From Octopus sinensis (Eukaryota): DNA of 64,000 nucleotides. Under the pieces are notes generated by a model. That model saw only the letters and a program-made list of their open reading frames with translations, made no database searches and was not told the origin of the DNA. A program made the translations under genes and the position numbers. The first letter of the stretch is position 1. Each line of letters starts with the position of its first letter. The stretch is from contig NC_043001.1 of NCBI RefSeq assembly GCF_006345805.1, positions 105,958,001 to 106,022,000 of the forward strand. Reading direction: 5' to 3'. Shown piece after piece: positions 13,146 to 26,315 of this stretch.

Positions 13146-13444
13146 ATCTATTTATGTATAACTCTCTCTCACCTTCTCTCTCTCTCACCCTCTCTCTCTC
13201 TCTCGTCATATATATATATCTATATATCTTGATACCTAGTGGAAGGAGACAGAGAAAAAGAGAATGACATGTAATCGCTCTTACGTTTTTTGTCTCTTCA
13301 ATATACACTGAATCTATGCATTTCCTGTAACGAACACGTTTTCCGCTGGATTATCATTGCCCGAATCAGGTGGGTTGAATTTATAAAACTGGACTAATAC
13401 AGGGTTCATTTTTTATAAACTTATACAAGTTTCTTCTCACCCTC

Positions 13445-13481
<37 letters not shown>

Positions 13482-15269
13482 GGCAAAAAGAAAATGAAGG
13501 AGATATAGAAGAGATTTTGACAGGCGGGATTGTGGCTCGTGACAGAATGCGAGGGTACACTCCCTTATTTCTCTATCGCAATGTACGGCTAATGTTATGG
13601 ACGTTAAAATCCGAAGATTAGTATAAAGACGATATTTACTTGGAATGCAATATTTGCAATCAATATTCGTATGTCAATAAGATCTTTACACATGATTTAA
13701 GCGATTACCTGTTAATTAAAAGAAAATGAAAAAATGGTTTATTATTGCTATATTGAAGGCTACTCAATAAATATGAAGCGAAGATGTATAAAAGTATATA
13801 ACAACTTAGCTTGTGGTGGAACATAAATAGTGACAGCAGTCCAGCTAGAGAGGATTGAAAGCCTTCGGAAACGAATTACTAACTAAAAGATTTATACATT
13901 TGGCCATTTAATTCATGGACACACACGCAGGCTATATGTTTGTATGTATGTATGTATATACATCTTCATATTTATACACTCTGCTCACACTTTTACACAA
14001 CTAAGTGCGAGCAGACTTACTTAAAGTACGATCGGTGCCGCTATTTAAGTACAAAATGCTATTTCTCGTCAGACATGCAATGTTAATAGTGTTGCTCTAC
14101 TGTGCCATCGCATGACTTTATGTCTCATACATGCCCTACTTTATAATCTCGTTTGGTTATATATTGAAGACAGTCTATTGTTACCGCAGTAAGTTTTCAC
14201 CTAGTCTTTTGTCTTTCCTCATTTATTTACAATACGTTCAGTAATATAAAACATCCCGCCATTCTATTTAATATTATATTTAATTTTCAGACATTTATTT
14301 CTAATGTGCGGATTCTCTAGCATTCAATAAATATATAATGGCGTTATTATATTGTGTTTTAGATCATTCGGAAGATTGTGAAGAAGGAAATATTTTTTTG
14401 TATTTTTATCGGAGCTCAGATCGTACCGTAAAAGAAATTATTTTCTATACAACACGATAAAATTAAAACGGAATAAAATATATAAATGACTTTACAGAAT
14501 TTTTAAAACTTCAAATAAATGTTGACAAACTTCGTATTCTTTTATATAACTATTAATACTGTATAATGTGTAATAGAATGTTTTTGTGCTGGTGTTATAT
14601 AAAACATTAGCATTATATATAATTTTATTGAAGACAAGTAACACCTATTTTTAACTCCTCACTTCTTTGTCTTTACACACACACATATGTAATGTATACA
14701 CAGGCATAGAGAAAGATAAAGATATACATGCACATACACATTTCTTGCCTTGATACATATATATTCATAAATCAATGTATGCTTATATATACACACACAT
14801 GTGTATACAAACATACATGCATACGCACGCATCAATAAATAAGTAGACTGTGTGTGTGTGCTTGAGTCAATACATTTGTCCGTAAGTATTTATTGTATGA
14901 CTTATAACTTGCTTCATCAGAAAATAAAAATATTAGAATTTATCACGATATCCTTAAGGACAGAACTACATAATCAAATGTTTTTCAAATATTTGGTCTA
15001 TTATAAGCACTTAAATGTCTTCATTACAAGAAAACATATCGAACATTATAATAAAACAAAACTTAGCTGCAATATGTTGGACAAAATCCTTACTCTATGT
15101 CTCTTCCATTATCTATGTACAAACACATTCAGTGATTTGATCGAAGAAATCCGCTTTTTCCCACTTCTCCTTCAATAATCAATGTATACAGCTCAGAACC
15201 TTCTCATTGAATATTCTAACATACATTCTAGTTAACAATGAAGTCAAAACTTTTGCCCAGCTTCATATG

Positions 15270-16083
15270 CAGGGCGCGTCGGGTAAATTTTCGCCATTAA
15301 TGTTTTGAATTTCATGCACAGGATAGTAGAGTCAGTTGGGCACCATCTGTGAGAAAAACAGCACCCTGAAGCAATTCACTCAGCCAGATATTTGGAAACG
15401 ATAGGCAGTACTACTTGGCATTCTAGCCAGAAACCAATCTTACGAACAGATGGGGAACAAACTGTACAACAGTTGCCTTTCCGTGTCACCAAAAAATCAA
15501 ACATCCAGTCAACCTCTTGGTGTGTGGAGTGATCACTAGTGAAAACAACGTTTTGCCTCCATTTTTTTTACCATACGGGCTCACATTCAACATGGAAGGC
15601 TACAGCAAGTGCCTGAAAGAGGTAGTGCAGCTCTGAGTCGCTGCTGAAAGATACTATGTCCTGCAACAGGACTCTGTACCGTGCCACACAATTAGGAGAA
15701 CTCAGTCATGGTTGTAAGGCAATTTTTGCGACAACATCACCCCTAACATATGTCCACCTAACTCCATCGATTATTATGTGTGGAACGCAGTTGAAGCGGG
15801 AGACCAACAAAATTCCTTGTAACAGCAAAGATGAACTGAAAGCAAGGATTATGGCCACATTCACCGATTTAAACCAGGAGACCGTCCCATGAAGAAGCGC
15901 TTCAGGAGATTCCGATGCCGTCTACAGACCGTGATTGAAGTCAACGGCGATTTCATTGAAAAAATTTACTGTTTAGTGTTTTAAGACATTTTTATGTAAT
16001 TTTGATAAATACATCTCTTAAAATGAGATATCAGTCTTATTTTCACTTCTGCGTAATTTAGACGGCAATATTTTCACTGCACC

Positions 16084-16086
<3 letters not shown>
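15270..16086 (+). mobile_element. Internally deleted Tc1/mariner-superfamily transposon (DD37D/maT-like), transposase pseudogene
   Basis: Ends CAGGGCGC / GCACCCTG followed by TA on the right. Broken frames give KHPVNLLVCGVITSENNVLPP, QQDSVPCHT, PPNS..DYYVWNAV and ETNKIPCNSKDELKARIMATFTDLNQETV. DD37D is inferred from family resemblance because this copy is deleted at PPNS-D. Confidence 0.85.
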
Positions 16087-16130
<44 letters not shown>

Positions 16131-16239
16131 GTGTGTGTGTGTGTGTGTAAATATATATACAGCAAAAACTGTCCGATGAACGGCAACGCGAAACTCAGAG
16201 TAACAGGTTTTGTAGAATTTTCTGCTGCTTTAAATAAAG

Positions 16240-16274
<35 letters not shown>

Positions 16275-16279
16275 TATAT

Positions 16280-16440
16280 ATAGGGAGAATTCGCAAACAA
16301 AAACAAAAGAGGAAGACAGGTGGTGTAGACAACAAACAGATGTATTAGTATAGCGATCGGGAAGTGAAGAAGTCTTTAACGTTTCGACCCTACGCTCTTC
16401 CACAGAAAGGAACACAGAAAGAAACAAGGAGAGAAAATGT
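16280..16440 (-). mobile_element. Penelope-type short repeat with hammerhead-like motif (16374-16409); duplicate at ~18243-18402
   Basis: Minus strand CUUU CUGUGGA A GAGC GUAG GGUC GAAA CGUU AAAG. A homolog lies at ~41588-41770 and a related repeat at ~40035-40230. Confidence 0.55.
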
Positions 16441-16500
16441 GTGTGCGTGTGTGTACACACACACACACACACACACACCACACATATATATATATATATA

Positions 16501-16720
16501 TTTCTTTATTGCCCACAAGGGGCTAAACACAAACAAGGACAGACAAAGGGATTAAGTCGATTATATCTACCCTAGTGCGTAACTGGTACATATTTAATCT
16601 ACCCCGAAAGTATTAAAGGTAAAGTCGACCTCGGTGGAATTTGAACTCAGAACGTAACGGCAGACGAAATACCGCAGAGCATTTCGCCTGGCGTGCTAAT
16701 GATAATGCCAGCTCGCCGCC
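16501..16720 (-). mobile_element. SINE family B (duplicate at 18461-18680)
   Basis: aaagtcgacctcggtggaatttgaactcagaacg...gcgtgctaat...gccagctcgccgcc. Confidence 0.85.
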
Positions 16721-16810
16721 ATATATACATACCGGTTCTTCTCTAAGTGAATATCGAATATCTGCATAAATATAAGCTTGAAAGTTGGGCACTATACCTG
16801 CAATTCCGCC

Positions 16811-16981
16811 GGAGTCATTTACATCGACTCCATAGTTCCACTAACACATCTTTTATCGATTTCCTAAAAGATGAATGGCAAAGTCGACCTCAGCAGATTT
16901 TGAAATCAGAATGTAAAAATGGATGACATGAAGCTGAGCAATATCTCCGGCCTTTTAACAATTCTGCCAGCTGGCTGCCTT
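16811..16981 (-). mobile_element. Degenerate SINE family B (duplicate ~18771-18941)
   Basis: ggcaaagtcgacctcagcagattttgaaatcagaatg...ttctgccagctggctgcctt. Confidence 0.7.
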
Positions 16982-17136
16982 GTCTACACAATTAATACAG
17001 TCAGATAAATGACTAATAAGAAATTTTCCGATTCTTAATCACTGGGATTTTTCCTATACAGGACAGCGCTCTGCATTATTAAAATGGCTATTAATGTTCT
17101 TTTAGTTTATCGTTGCCAACGCTTGATTAATTTATG

Positions 17137-17285
17137 ATGGCAAACTGGCAGAATCGTTAGGAATCTGGGTAAAATTCTCAGCGGTATTTCTTCCGAGGTT
17201 CAGTTAGCTCTTCATCCTTCGGGGTCGATTTAATCAAGTTGTCACATCTCCAAACCTGCAACCTAATGCCAAAATTTCAACCCAA
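17137..17285 (+). mobile_element. Degenerate SINE family B (duplicate ~19097-19245)
   Basis: aactggcagaatcgttag...ttcatccttcggggtcga. Confidence 0.65.
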
Positions 17286-18202
17286 CATTTGATTCATTTA
17301 AAGTCGTGAGTCACAGATAATTCAAATAATTTACCGACGCTATGGTGCATTAATCCATCATTACAGTAAGTAAAACTACACATAATGCAAAATACGATAC
17401 AGCAAAATAGGGCCTGCCCCCGCTCTCTCTTTCCTTCTACCTATCACCTCTTCCTACTTCTGCTTGTTTCCTTCTTTCTCTTTCTCCCCGTTTCCCACCT
17501 TCACTCTCCCTCTATCTATCTCTATCTATATATATATATATGTGTATGTGTGTGTCTGTTCCTGTGAATCATTGAGATTATTAATTATGAGAGCTAGTAT
17601 TATTGCACATATCTTCCCCATAGATAAATAACGATTAAACTCAATTCGTGGAATCCATGCCCAGGCTACGTGACAAAAACTATCGATGGAAGCTTTCCAC
17701 TAACATCATTAGCTCTTTAACAATTTATCTTTCATCTCCTTTCTCTTCTCCCCCCCCCCACAGCTCTTTCTACGTATTTATTTTGATTTTGGGAATCTCT
17801 GACAATGTGTTTTGATTATAAGATAATGCATTGTAGCTTGGTATCGTCCTATCACCGCTGCTCACAATGACTTAAATGCGTGTCACTATTTCTTTGTGCT
17901 CGTCCTTGAAAGGTCATTGGATTAAGGATCTGGGATTTATATTAGCACCGGCTTCGAGAGTAAGTAGCAGTTTATATATATTCTCTGAATTCTAAGATAT
18001 ATTCTCTAACCTTTAGCAAGCCGGATATCATTCAAACTTCCTCTGTGTGTGTTGTGTGTGTGGTATGTAAGTGTGCGTGTTGTGTGTGTGTGTGGTGTGT
18101 GTGTGTGTGTGTAAATATATATACAGCAAAAACTGTCCGATGAACGGCAACGCGAAACTCAGAGTAACAGGTTTTGTAGAATTTTCTGCTGCTTTAATAA
18201 AG

Positions 18203-18237
<35 letters not shown>

Positions 18238-18413
18238 TATATATAGGGAGAATTCGCAAACAAAAACAAAAGACGAAGACAGGTGGTGTAGACAACAAAC
18301 AGATGTATTAGTATAGCGATCGGAAGTGAAGAAGTCTTTAACGTTTCGACCCTACGCTCTTCCACAGAAGGAACACAGAAAGAAACAAGGAGAGAAAATG
18401 TTTGTGCGTGTGT

Positions 18414-18461
<48 letters not shown>

Positions 18462-21400
18462 TTCTTTATTGCCCACAAGGGGCTAAACACAAACAAGGAC
18501 AGACAAAGGGATTAAGTCGATTATATCTACCCTAGTGCGTAACTGGTACATATTTAATCTACCCCGAAAGTATTAAAGGTAAAGTCGACCTCGGTGGAAT
18601 TTGAACTCAGAACGTAACGGCAGACGAAATACCGCTGAGCATTTCGCCTGGCGTGCTAATGATAATGCCAGCTCGCCGCCATATATACATACCGGTTCTT
18701 CTCTAAGTGAATATCGAATATCTGCATAAATATAAGCTTGAAAGTTGGGCACTATACCTGCAATTCCGCCGGAGTCATTTACATCGACTCCATAGTTCCA
18801 CTAACACATCTTTTATCGATTTCCTAAAAGATGAATGGCAAAGTCGACCTCAGCAGATTTTGAAATCAGAATGTAAAAATGGATGACATGAAGCTGAGCA
18901 ATATCTCCGGCCTTTTAACAATTCTGCCAGCTGGCTGCCTTGTCTACACAATTAATACAGTCAGATAAATGACTAATAAGAAATTTTCCGATTCTTAATC
19001 ACTGGGATTTTTCCTATAGAGGACAGCGCTCTGCATTATTAAAATGGCTATTAATGTTCTTTTAGTTTATCGTTGCCAACGCTTGATTAATTTATGATGG
19101 CAAACTGGCAGAATCGTTAGGAATCTGGGTAAAATTCTCAGCGGTATTTCTTCCGAGGTTCAGTTAGCTCTTCATCCTTCGGGGTCGATTTAATCAAGTT
19201 GTCACATCTCCAAACCTGCAACCTTGTGCCAAAATTTCAACCCAACATTTGATTCATTTAAAGTCGTGAGTCACAGATAATTCAAATAATTTACCGACGC
19301 TATGGTGCATTAATCCATCATTACAGTAAGTAAAACTACACATAATGCAAAATACGATACAGCAAAATAGGGCCTGCCCCCGCTCTCTCTTTCCTTCTAC
19401 CTATCACCTCTTCCTACTTCTGCTTGTTTCCTTCTTTCTCTTTCTCCCCGTTTCCCACCTTCACTCTCCCTCTATCTATCTCTATCTATATATATATATA
19501 TGTGTATGTGTGTGTCTGTTCCTGTGAATCATTGAGATTATTAATTATGAGAGCTAGTATTATTGCACATATCTTCCCCATAGATAAATAACGATTAAAC
19601 TCAATTCGTGGAATCCATGCCCAGGCTACGTGACAAAAACTATCGATGGAAGCTTTCCACTAACATCATTAGCTCTTTAACAATTTATCTTTCATCTCCT
19701 TTCTCTTCTCCCCCCCCCCACAGCTCTTTCTACGTATTTATTTTGATTTTGGGAATCTCTGACAATGTGTTTTGATTATAAGATAATGCATTGTAGCTTG
19801 GTATCGTCCTATCACCGCTGCTCACAATGACTTAAATGCGTGTCACTATTTCTTTGTGTTCGTCCTTGAAAGGTCATTGGATTAAGGATCTGGGATTTAT
19901 ATTAGCACCGGCTTCGAGAGTAAGTAGCAGTTTATATATATTCTCTGAATTCTAAGATATATTCTCTAACCTTTAGCAAGCCGGATATCATTCAAACTTC
20001 CTCTGTGTGTGTTTGTGTGTGTGGTATGTAAGTGTGCGTGTTTGTGTGTGTGTATGTGTATGCGCGCGCGTGTGTGTTTGACACATACGACTTTCAGCTA
20101 AAAGTCCACATTGAATTTATGTTCTTTTACACTCTGAGTTCGACAAAGATGACGATCACCTTTGCTTGTTATCTTCATAGAATTCATATGTAAATGTAAG
20201 AGTTATAACTTTGGCGGGAATTATTTAATCCTGTGGTTATTACTAAAACCACTTTTACAAACTTTAATACTCGTATGTGTCTCACTGGAGGATAAATGGA
20301 GCACTGTTTGTGAATCACTTCACCATGGTTAACACCAAATACAACCGGCGAGATTTCCTGTACCAAGTGACCGGCAACAGAATCGTAGCCACAACGTCTT
20401 GTACATGTACCTCAGCCGACTCTGCATTACTGCCACAACTTCTTGATACAGCACTTCAACTATCCAGTACCTTGACGATGAACTGGTATTTACCATCCTT
20501 GTATCTGTAAATTCTTCTAACGTCATATTATAGACTTTTTCAATGCTCTGTACTTATAGCACAGGCATACATCCATGCCTGTACACATACACACTTTGTT
20601 CTCATGACTCACACACATGTTAACATATAAATAAAATCCTTCTCTTAAACTTTCTACCGGTTGTGTCTTTCTTTTCCTTCTGGCACATAGACGCATTTAT
20701 TCTTTTCATATTTATCGTATCGGCCGTGTGATGTGCAAAGGAGCCATTGTCGCCACCTCACTTCGCGCGGTCGTTTACCAGTTTATTGGTTTATAAAATC
20801 GTACAAATATTCAGTTACTATTCATTAAAGGTTGGTGATATTTTGTGAAGTATTAATTTAGTGGGTTGATTTTATAAAATACAGTTCGTCAGATATTTCT
20901 TATTTAAAGTATATATTATGAAGTAAGTTCGGTGAGATATTAGCTTTTTAGATCGTATTTATATATTAATTTTGTTAGAATCTTCTTTACAAATACCTCT
21001 TCAATAAAGTTAAAATTTAGATCATAATTTACGTGCGAAAATTCTGATTAAATGGAAGTAAATGATACAAATAATGAATGGATAGTTAATTAAATCTACC
21101 TATGACAAAAGAAATTCATATTGAAAAGATTGCCCGAAGAAGCTGTTTATGAGAATAAGTATTTTCAGGGTGAGGATAATTTTAAAAGATTTACTTTCAT
21201 AGGTAATCTTCGACAAAATAAATTGTGCGTTTAATTTAGAGAAATGTTAATAAATTTCAGTTGGTTTCATTTTCATAAATATTGCGATTATCTGATATTA
21301 CCTAATGAAGAAATATATTGCGGATATTGTGAGAGAAATATTTCCGCTTGGTGGATATTTCTGCCACAAGAATGAAAATAATTACACACCATTGAGCTTT

Positions 21401-22462
21401 GCACAAAATATTTCAAAGACTGTTCAATATGTCAAACACTTGTGTCTTCTTGTGTATTTCCTTGTCGTACATAAAACCCATTTAATTTAGTCAAATCAGT
21501 CTAAATAAAAGACGACTCGGCAACACTTAGAAAATTAGGTTTGTTCAGTTTTGCTTGTCTCTGTATAACACTTGGCTTCCATTGACTATTGTTTCGGTTA
21601 TATCTACGCTTCATTGTACGGAATCTGCTTTAAAATGTCCTCTTTTAAGTAGATATGCTCTCTTTAGCCTCTAGTTAAAGATATACTCATACAGCTCGAT
21701 TACAAATTAAATTAATTTGCCATAATAAAATGCTATAAAGTTTTTCAGTACAATGAGTTGTACATTATACATTAATCATAGTCTAATATGCAAGGTATTA
21801 CTATCCCACGTGTACATCATCTTTCGAAACCAAATATTAAAATCTATAAAAAAAAAATTATCATTGTTCATAATTTCTCGTTAGATGAATGGGTTCTGGA
21901 CGTGAAAACATTAACTTGTGTGAGATACATTTCATAGTTCAATAATTTAATTCGATGTAACTTAAATTGGATACATAACTAGCAGGAAACAATACCCCCG
22001 AAGAGACATCCACGTTTTATACATTTTACCATCTACTTAAGAACGAATGCGAGAGCAGAAGTGCGTAAGTTATATATTATTTATGGAAATGCATCGTTAT
22101 AACTATTTCTTTCTTTCTCTCTAGCCTTTCCGCTCCGCATTTCTGTGTGTGTGTGCATATGCGTGTGTGTGTGTGTATGTGTGTGTGTTTGATGTAATTA
22201 TAGACAAGACAAAGAGAGCAAGAAAATCTTTTTATTACATCAGTTTACAATTGTTTCATCTGAATTCGATTCCATGAATCCGGGAAAACAACGTTATGAA
22301 CTTATACCTTGGGAAACACTTTGGTACTTTTTCTTCATGTGCGTGGGGGGATGTTTGGGTGTGTATTGTGTATGTGTGTGAGCGTGTGTTTGTGTGTGTG
22401 AATGTGTGTGTGTTTGTGTGTGAATGTGTGTGTTTGTGTGTGAATGTGTGTGTGTTTGTGTA

Positions 22463-23897
22463 TTTGGGTTACTTGATTGGACGCTTTATGAGATCCGAGC
22501 CATTGATGTAAAAATTCGAAAAATACTAACAAGCACACATAATTTCCGCATAAACAGTGACGTAGACTGCCTCTACCTAAAATGAAAACAAAGCGGCAAA
22601 GACTTAACAACGATGCAAAATACCTTTGAATGTCGTATCATATCCCTTCGGCAACATCTTTTAACCACCAAGTGTCGAAGTGCATCCCTTGACCGAGTTG
22701 GCATACATAAGGCTGATAACATCATAAGACTTGGAAGGCAGCTCCTTGAGCAACACTCTTTGTCTAATAACCTAGAATACATGCCCAAAGACGTCGCACG
22801 ACTCTACTGCAATGTATCATCAGAGGAAAGGATGAACCTATATGAGCAGCTGACTATGCATTGATGTATTAGTAGAAAACTCCGAGATGATAGTGACATT
22901 GATCATTAAACCAGCGTATTATGGATCAATAGCCGGATTACTACTTTCCACTTTGAAGGGTGTGCATTTGCAATCCAGAAACAGGGATAGAGATGCAGGA
23001 AGAGCGGTAAAGTGTGACAACCGATGCCGACTTTGTGGAGTTATCAACATCATAAGAAGTCGTCTGAAAATGCCATCACTGTATTATCTGTCGATGAGGT
23101 GTGATGTTATAGCTAAGCCACTCTAATTAAATCCGTTGGAAGGATAAACCCAGGGACAAGGAAATAAGAACCCACAGTATCGTAGAAGCCATAGCCACTC
23201 ATACTAAAAAGAAGTGCTGTAGGAATGTTCCAGTGAAGACCTCAATAAAATGTAAACACAATAGACCTGATATAATGATTTAGGATAGAGAAGAAGAACT
23301 ATGCAGAGTTGTGGAAATAGCTGCCAAGCGGATGTTAACTTAAAGCTAAAGATCAGTGAAAAAGAGAATGCGTACGCTAAACTATTGAAAAATCTGAAGT
23401 TAATCTATCCAGATTACAAGTTCAAGTATATACCTGTAATTATTGTGGCTCTGAGATATGTAAAACACTGCTTAAATATTAATCTTGAGAAATTGGGTTT
23501 CTCAAAACCAGAAAGGAGGAAGCTAATTCGAAGACGACAAATCCAAGCCATCACTGGAACTGTAAAAATCTGTGAAACTTTCCCGAAGTTTAGCAATTAA
23601 GTATATATGAGCATATCTAGGTATACAACAATATGCATGAGAATACATAAATAAAACAAAACGTACAAATCTGCACTTACATACATGTACACACACACAC
23701 ACATACATACATACATACATACATACATACATACATACATACATACATACATACATACATACATACATACATACACACAAAAATACCCTGTTGTTGATGT
23801 TGAAATCTCAATGAAGGAGTCATGGATCTAGGTTAGAAACAGATTTTTTCTCTATTGGAAAGAAATCTTGAAATAAAACACGAATAATGACATACAT
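22463..23897 (+). mobile_element. 5'-truncated R4/Dong-type non-LTR retrotransposon (post-RT region, CCHC knuckle, restriction-like endonuclease, 3' UTR); inactive
   Basis: Broken frames: FGLLDWTLYEIRAIDVKIRKILTSTHNFRINSDVDCLYL; CDNRCRLCGV...MRCDVIAK (decayed CCHC); CKHNRPDIMI*DREEELCRVVE (PD..E motif); KLKISEKENAYAKLL...IPVIIVALRYV...GTVKICETF. The 3' UTR contains (CATA)n and ends gacatacat. Confidence 0.85.
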
Positions 23898-25039
23898 AAA
23901 TCCATGCATACATAAGTAATCTGTCTTCTAATTTTACTCAGAACTCGAGGTTCCTGTACAAAATACATGCGCAGTGTATTGCATCATGATCTAGAACTAA
24001 GCGCAACATTGGTACAAACGACAGCATGTATGGCTAATCTATTTATACACCTTGGTTTCCTACTTACATCTTTTATCGATTACGTAAAACTTTTCCATAA
24101 TTTTATTTTCAATTGTGTAATAATGTAAGACTACAAAAGAAGAAATTATCGAATAGAAAATGTACATTTGTTACCTGACTAAATCCTCTATCCTCTAGTC
24201 ATTTTAGTCGCTTCAGCTTCATTTGATGTTTCTGTTTTCATACATTTCTAATAAAATTTTCCTTCGATTAATTCGTATACTGTTAGGATACCCCCACTGA
24301 GGCGATACTTCAAGCAAACTAGCATTTTAAACGGAGTGTTCTCAGGAGCGTGTCTGAAGTTTAGTTTCAACATAACATGTCTTATTTATCACAGGAAACA
24401 TAATTGAATAGCCATTTAAAACTGCTTAATGACACATCGTGTGTAAAGATACCGGAATCAAATTCCAATTGACGTGAATCACATCAATGCATCTATTTAA
24501 TTCAATGGTACAAGAGTTTAGAGTTCCGGATAAAATTTTCGGAAATTGCCTCTTCAATATAATGAACATTTTATTACATTGTAAATGGATGCAGCGTTTG
24601 TGTTTAATGGATAGGTACTGAATACGTACAAGTGAATTTGTGATGTAAAGAAACCAAACCTTTGTTATATAGCTTTCTACATTCATCCAACATCAATTAC
24701 CAAATGAAGAAAACGAAACGTAATATAATTGAAGCGACTTGTGTCTAACAAAACAAAATACGTGACAATAGGTTTAATAAAAGTATTTGATATAAAGGCA
24801 ATGTCAAAGATTGAGCTCTGTTTTCAGTTCGTGTCAAAAATCATACGATTAACAATAAAGGAAATTATCGGACATTTTATGAAGAACTTTGCAAAACTGT
24901 CCTTTACAACAAATATAGCAATGCAAGCGCACTTCTAAGACATATAAAGTGACAAGAGCGGAGGAATGATTTATCGTTCGCCATCCTATTTCTCTCTCTA
25001 TCTATCATTTTCCCTCTCTCTCTCCTTCTCTCTCTTTCT

Positions 25040-25074
25040 ATCTATCTATCTATCTATCTATCTCTGTCTCTCTA

Positions 25075-25159
<85 letters not shown>

Positions 25160-25170
25160 CTATCTATTTC
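25040..25170. repeat. (TCTA)n microsatellite
   Basis: Direct reading. Confidence 0.95.
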
Positions 25171-25639
25171 TCTCTTTAGAAATGAGATAATATGTATGTC
25201 CATGAAAAACAGATATGTCTCTGGTAATTAAAAGTTCAGATATTAATAATTCAATGAAACTTCAGCACATTCTATCTTTGTAGTAAATCTTGGTGGTAAA
25301 AGTTAACACAATCGTTAAAAGCGTTCCCCAAGAGAAACCTTTGCTCAGAGTAAGAAGCTATAAAACATAAATTTCCCAAATAAACCATAATTTACTTGTT
25401 TTATAGAACTGCTTCCACAAGAATGAACAACATTAATTCTATAATTACGTAATTTCTCTAAAACCATAAAAATCTGAAATCATCAGAAATAATACAAGTT
25501 ATACTAGCCACATTCTGCTGATGGTTTACATGAAAATAACACGAACTGACTCATGTGTGTGTGTGTGTTTGTACACCAGAAGTATGCATATTACGCATAT
25601 ACGCGTATATGCATGCATATATATATAAACATATATCAT

Positions 25640-26080
25640 TCTTGTTGGTGTTGTGACGCCCTTCGGTCATGAATGACCATGGAATTGCACCTAGAAAGTT
25701 ACCCTCAGAGGTACGAGTCTGGGCAAGGTTGTTTATGGAAGACCAGCAGTCTCCCACGCATACCAGCCTCTCCTCCCCAGGCCACCGATGTTGTCCAAGG
25801 GAAAGGCAAAGGGGCCGATACAGCTCCGCACCTGTGACGTCGCAACTCATTTATTAACGTGCTAGTGGGTGAGTACTCCAGAGTCACGTGTACCCTTACC
25901 TTAGTTCTCTGGAAGATTCAGCGTGACACAGAGTGTGACAAGGCTGGCCTTTTGAAATACAGGTACAACAGAAACAGGAAGAAAGTGTGACGGCAAGTTG
26001 TGGCGAAAGTGTACAGCAGGGTTCATCACGACCCATGCTGGAGCCTCGTAGAGCTTTAGGTGTTTTCGCTCAATAAACAA
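25640..26080 (-). mobile_element. Composite SINE-derived repeat: RTE-5'-like segment (25640-25850) plus family C tail (25866-25968)
   Basis: 25866-25968 is the reverse complement of ~45705-45805. 25640-25850 resembles RTE-clade 5' leader sequence (recalled, not searched). Confidence 0.55.
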
Positions 26081-26193
26081 ACACAATGCCCGGTCAGATA
26101 TATAATTTTATACGTATATAAAATATATATTTCAAATATATAATTCAACGGTGGTGCATCAACATGGCCGCAGCTCTGAGCTGAAACTAGAGA

Positions 26194-26243
<50 letters not shown>

Positions 26244-26245
26244 TA

Positions 26246-26315
<70 letters not shown>

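Larger units (their letters stand above)
16120..20050 (+). repeat. Near-identical ~1.96-kb tandem duplication (copy 1 ~16120-18085, copy 2 ~18086-20050)
   Basis: aaatatatatacagcaaaaact at 16149 and 18113; ccggatatcattcaaac at 18021 and 19981. About 7 substitutions plus several 1-nt indels. The junction lies in (TG)n. Confidence 0.97.
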
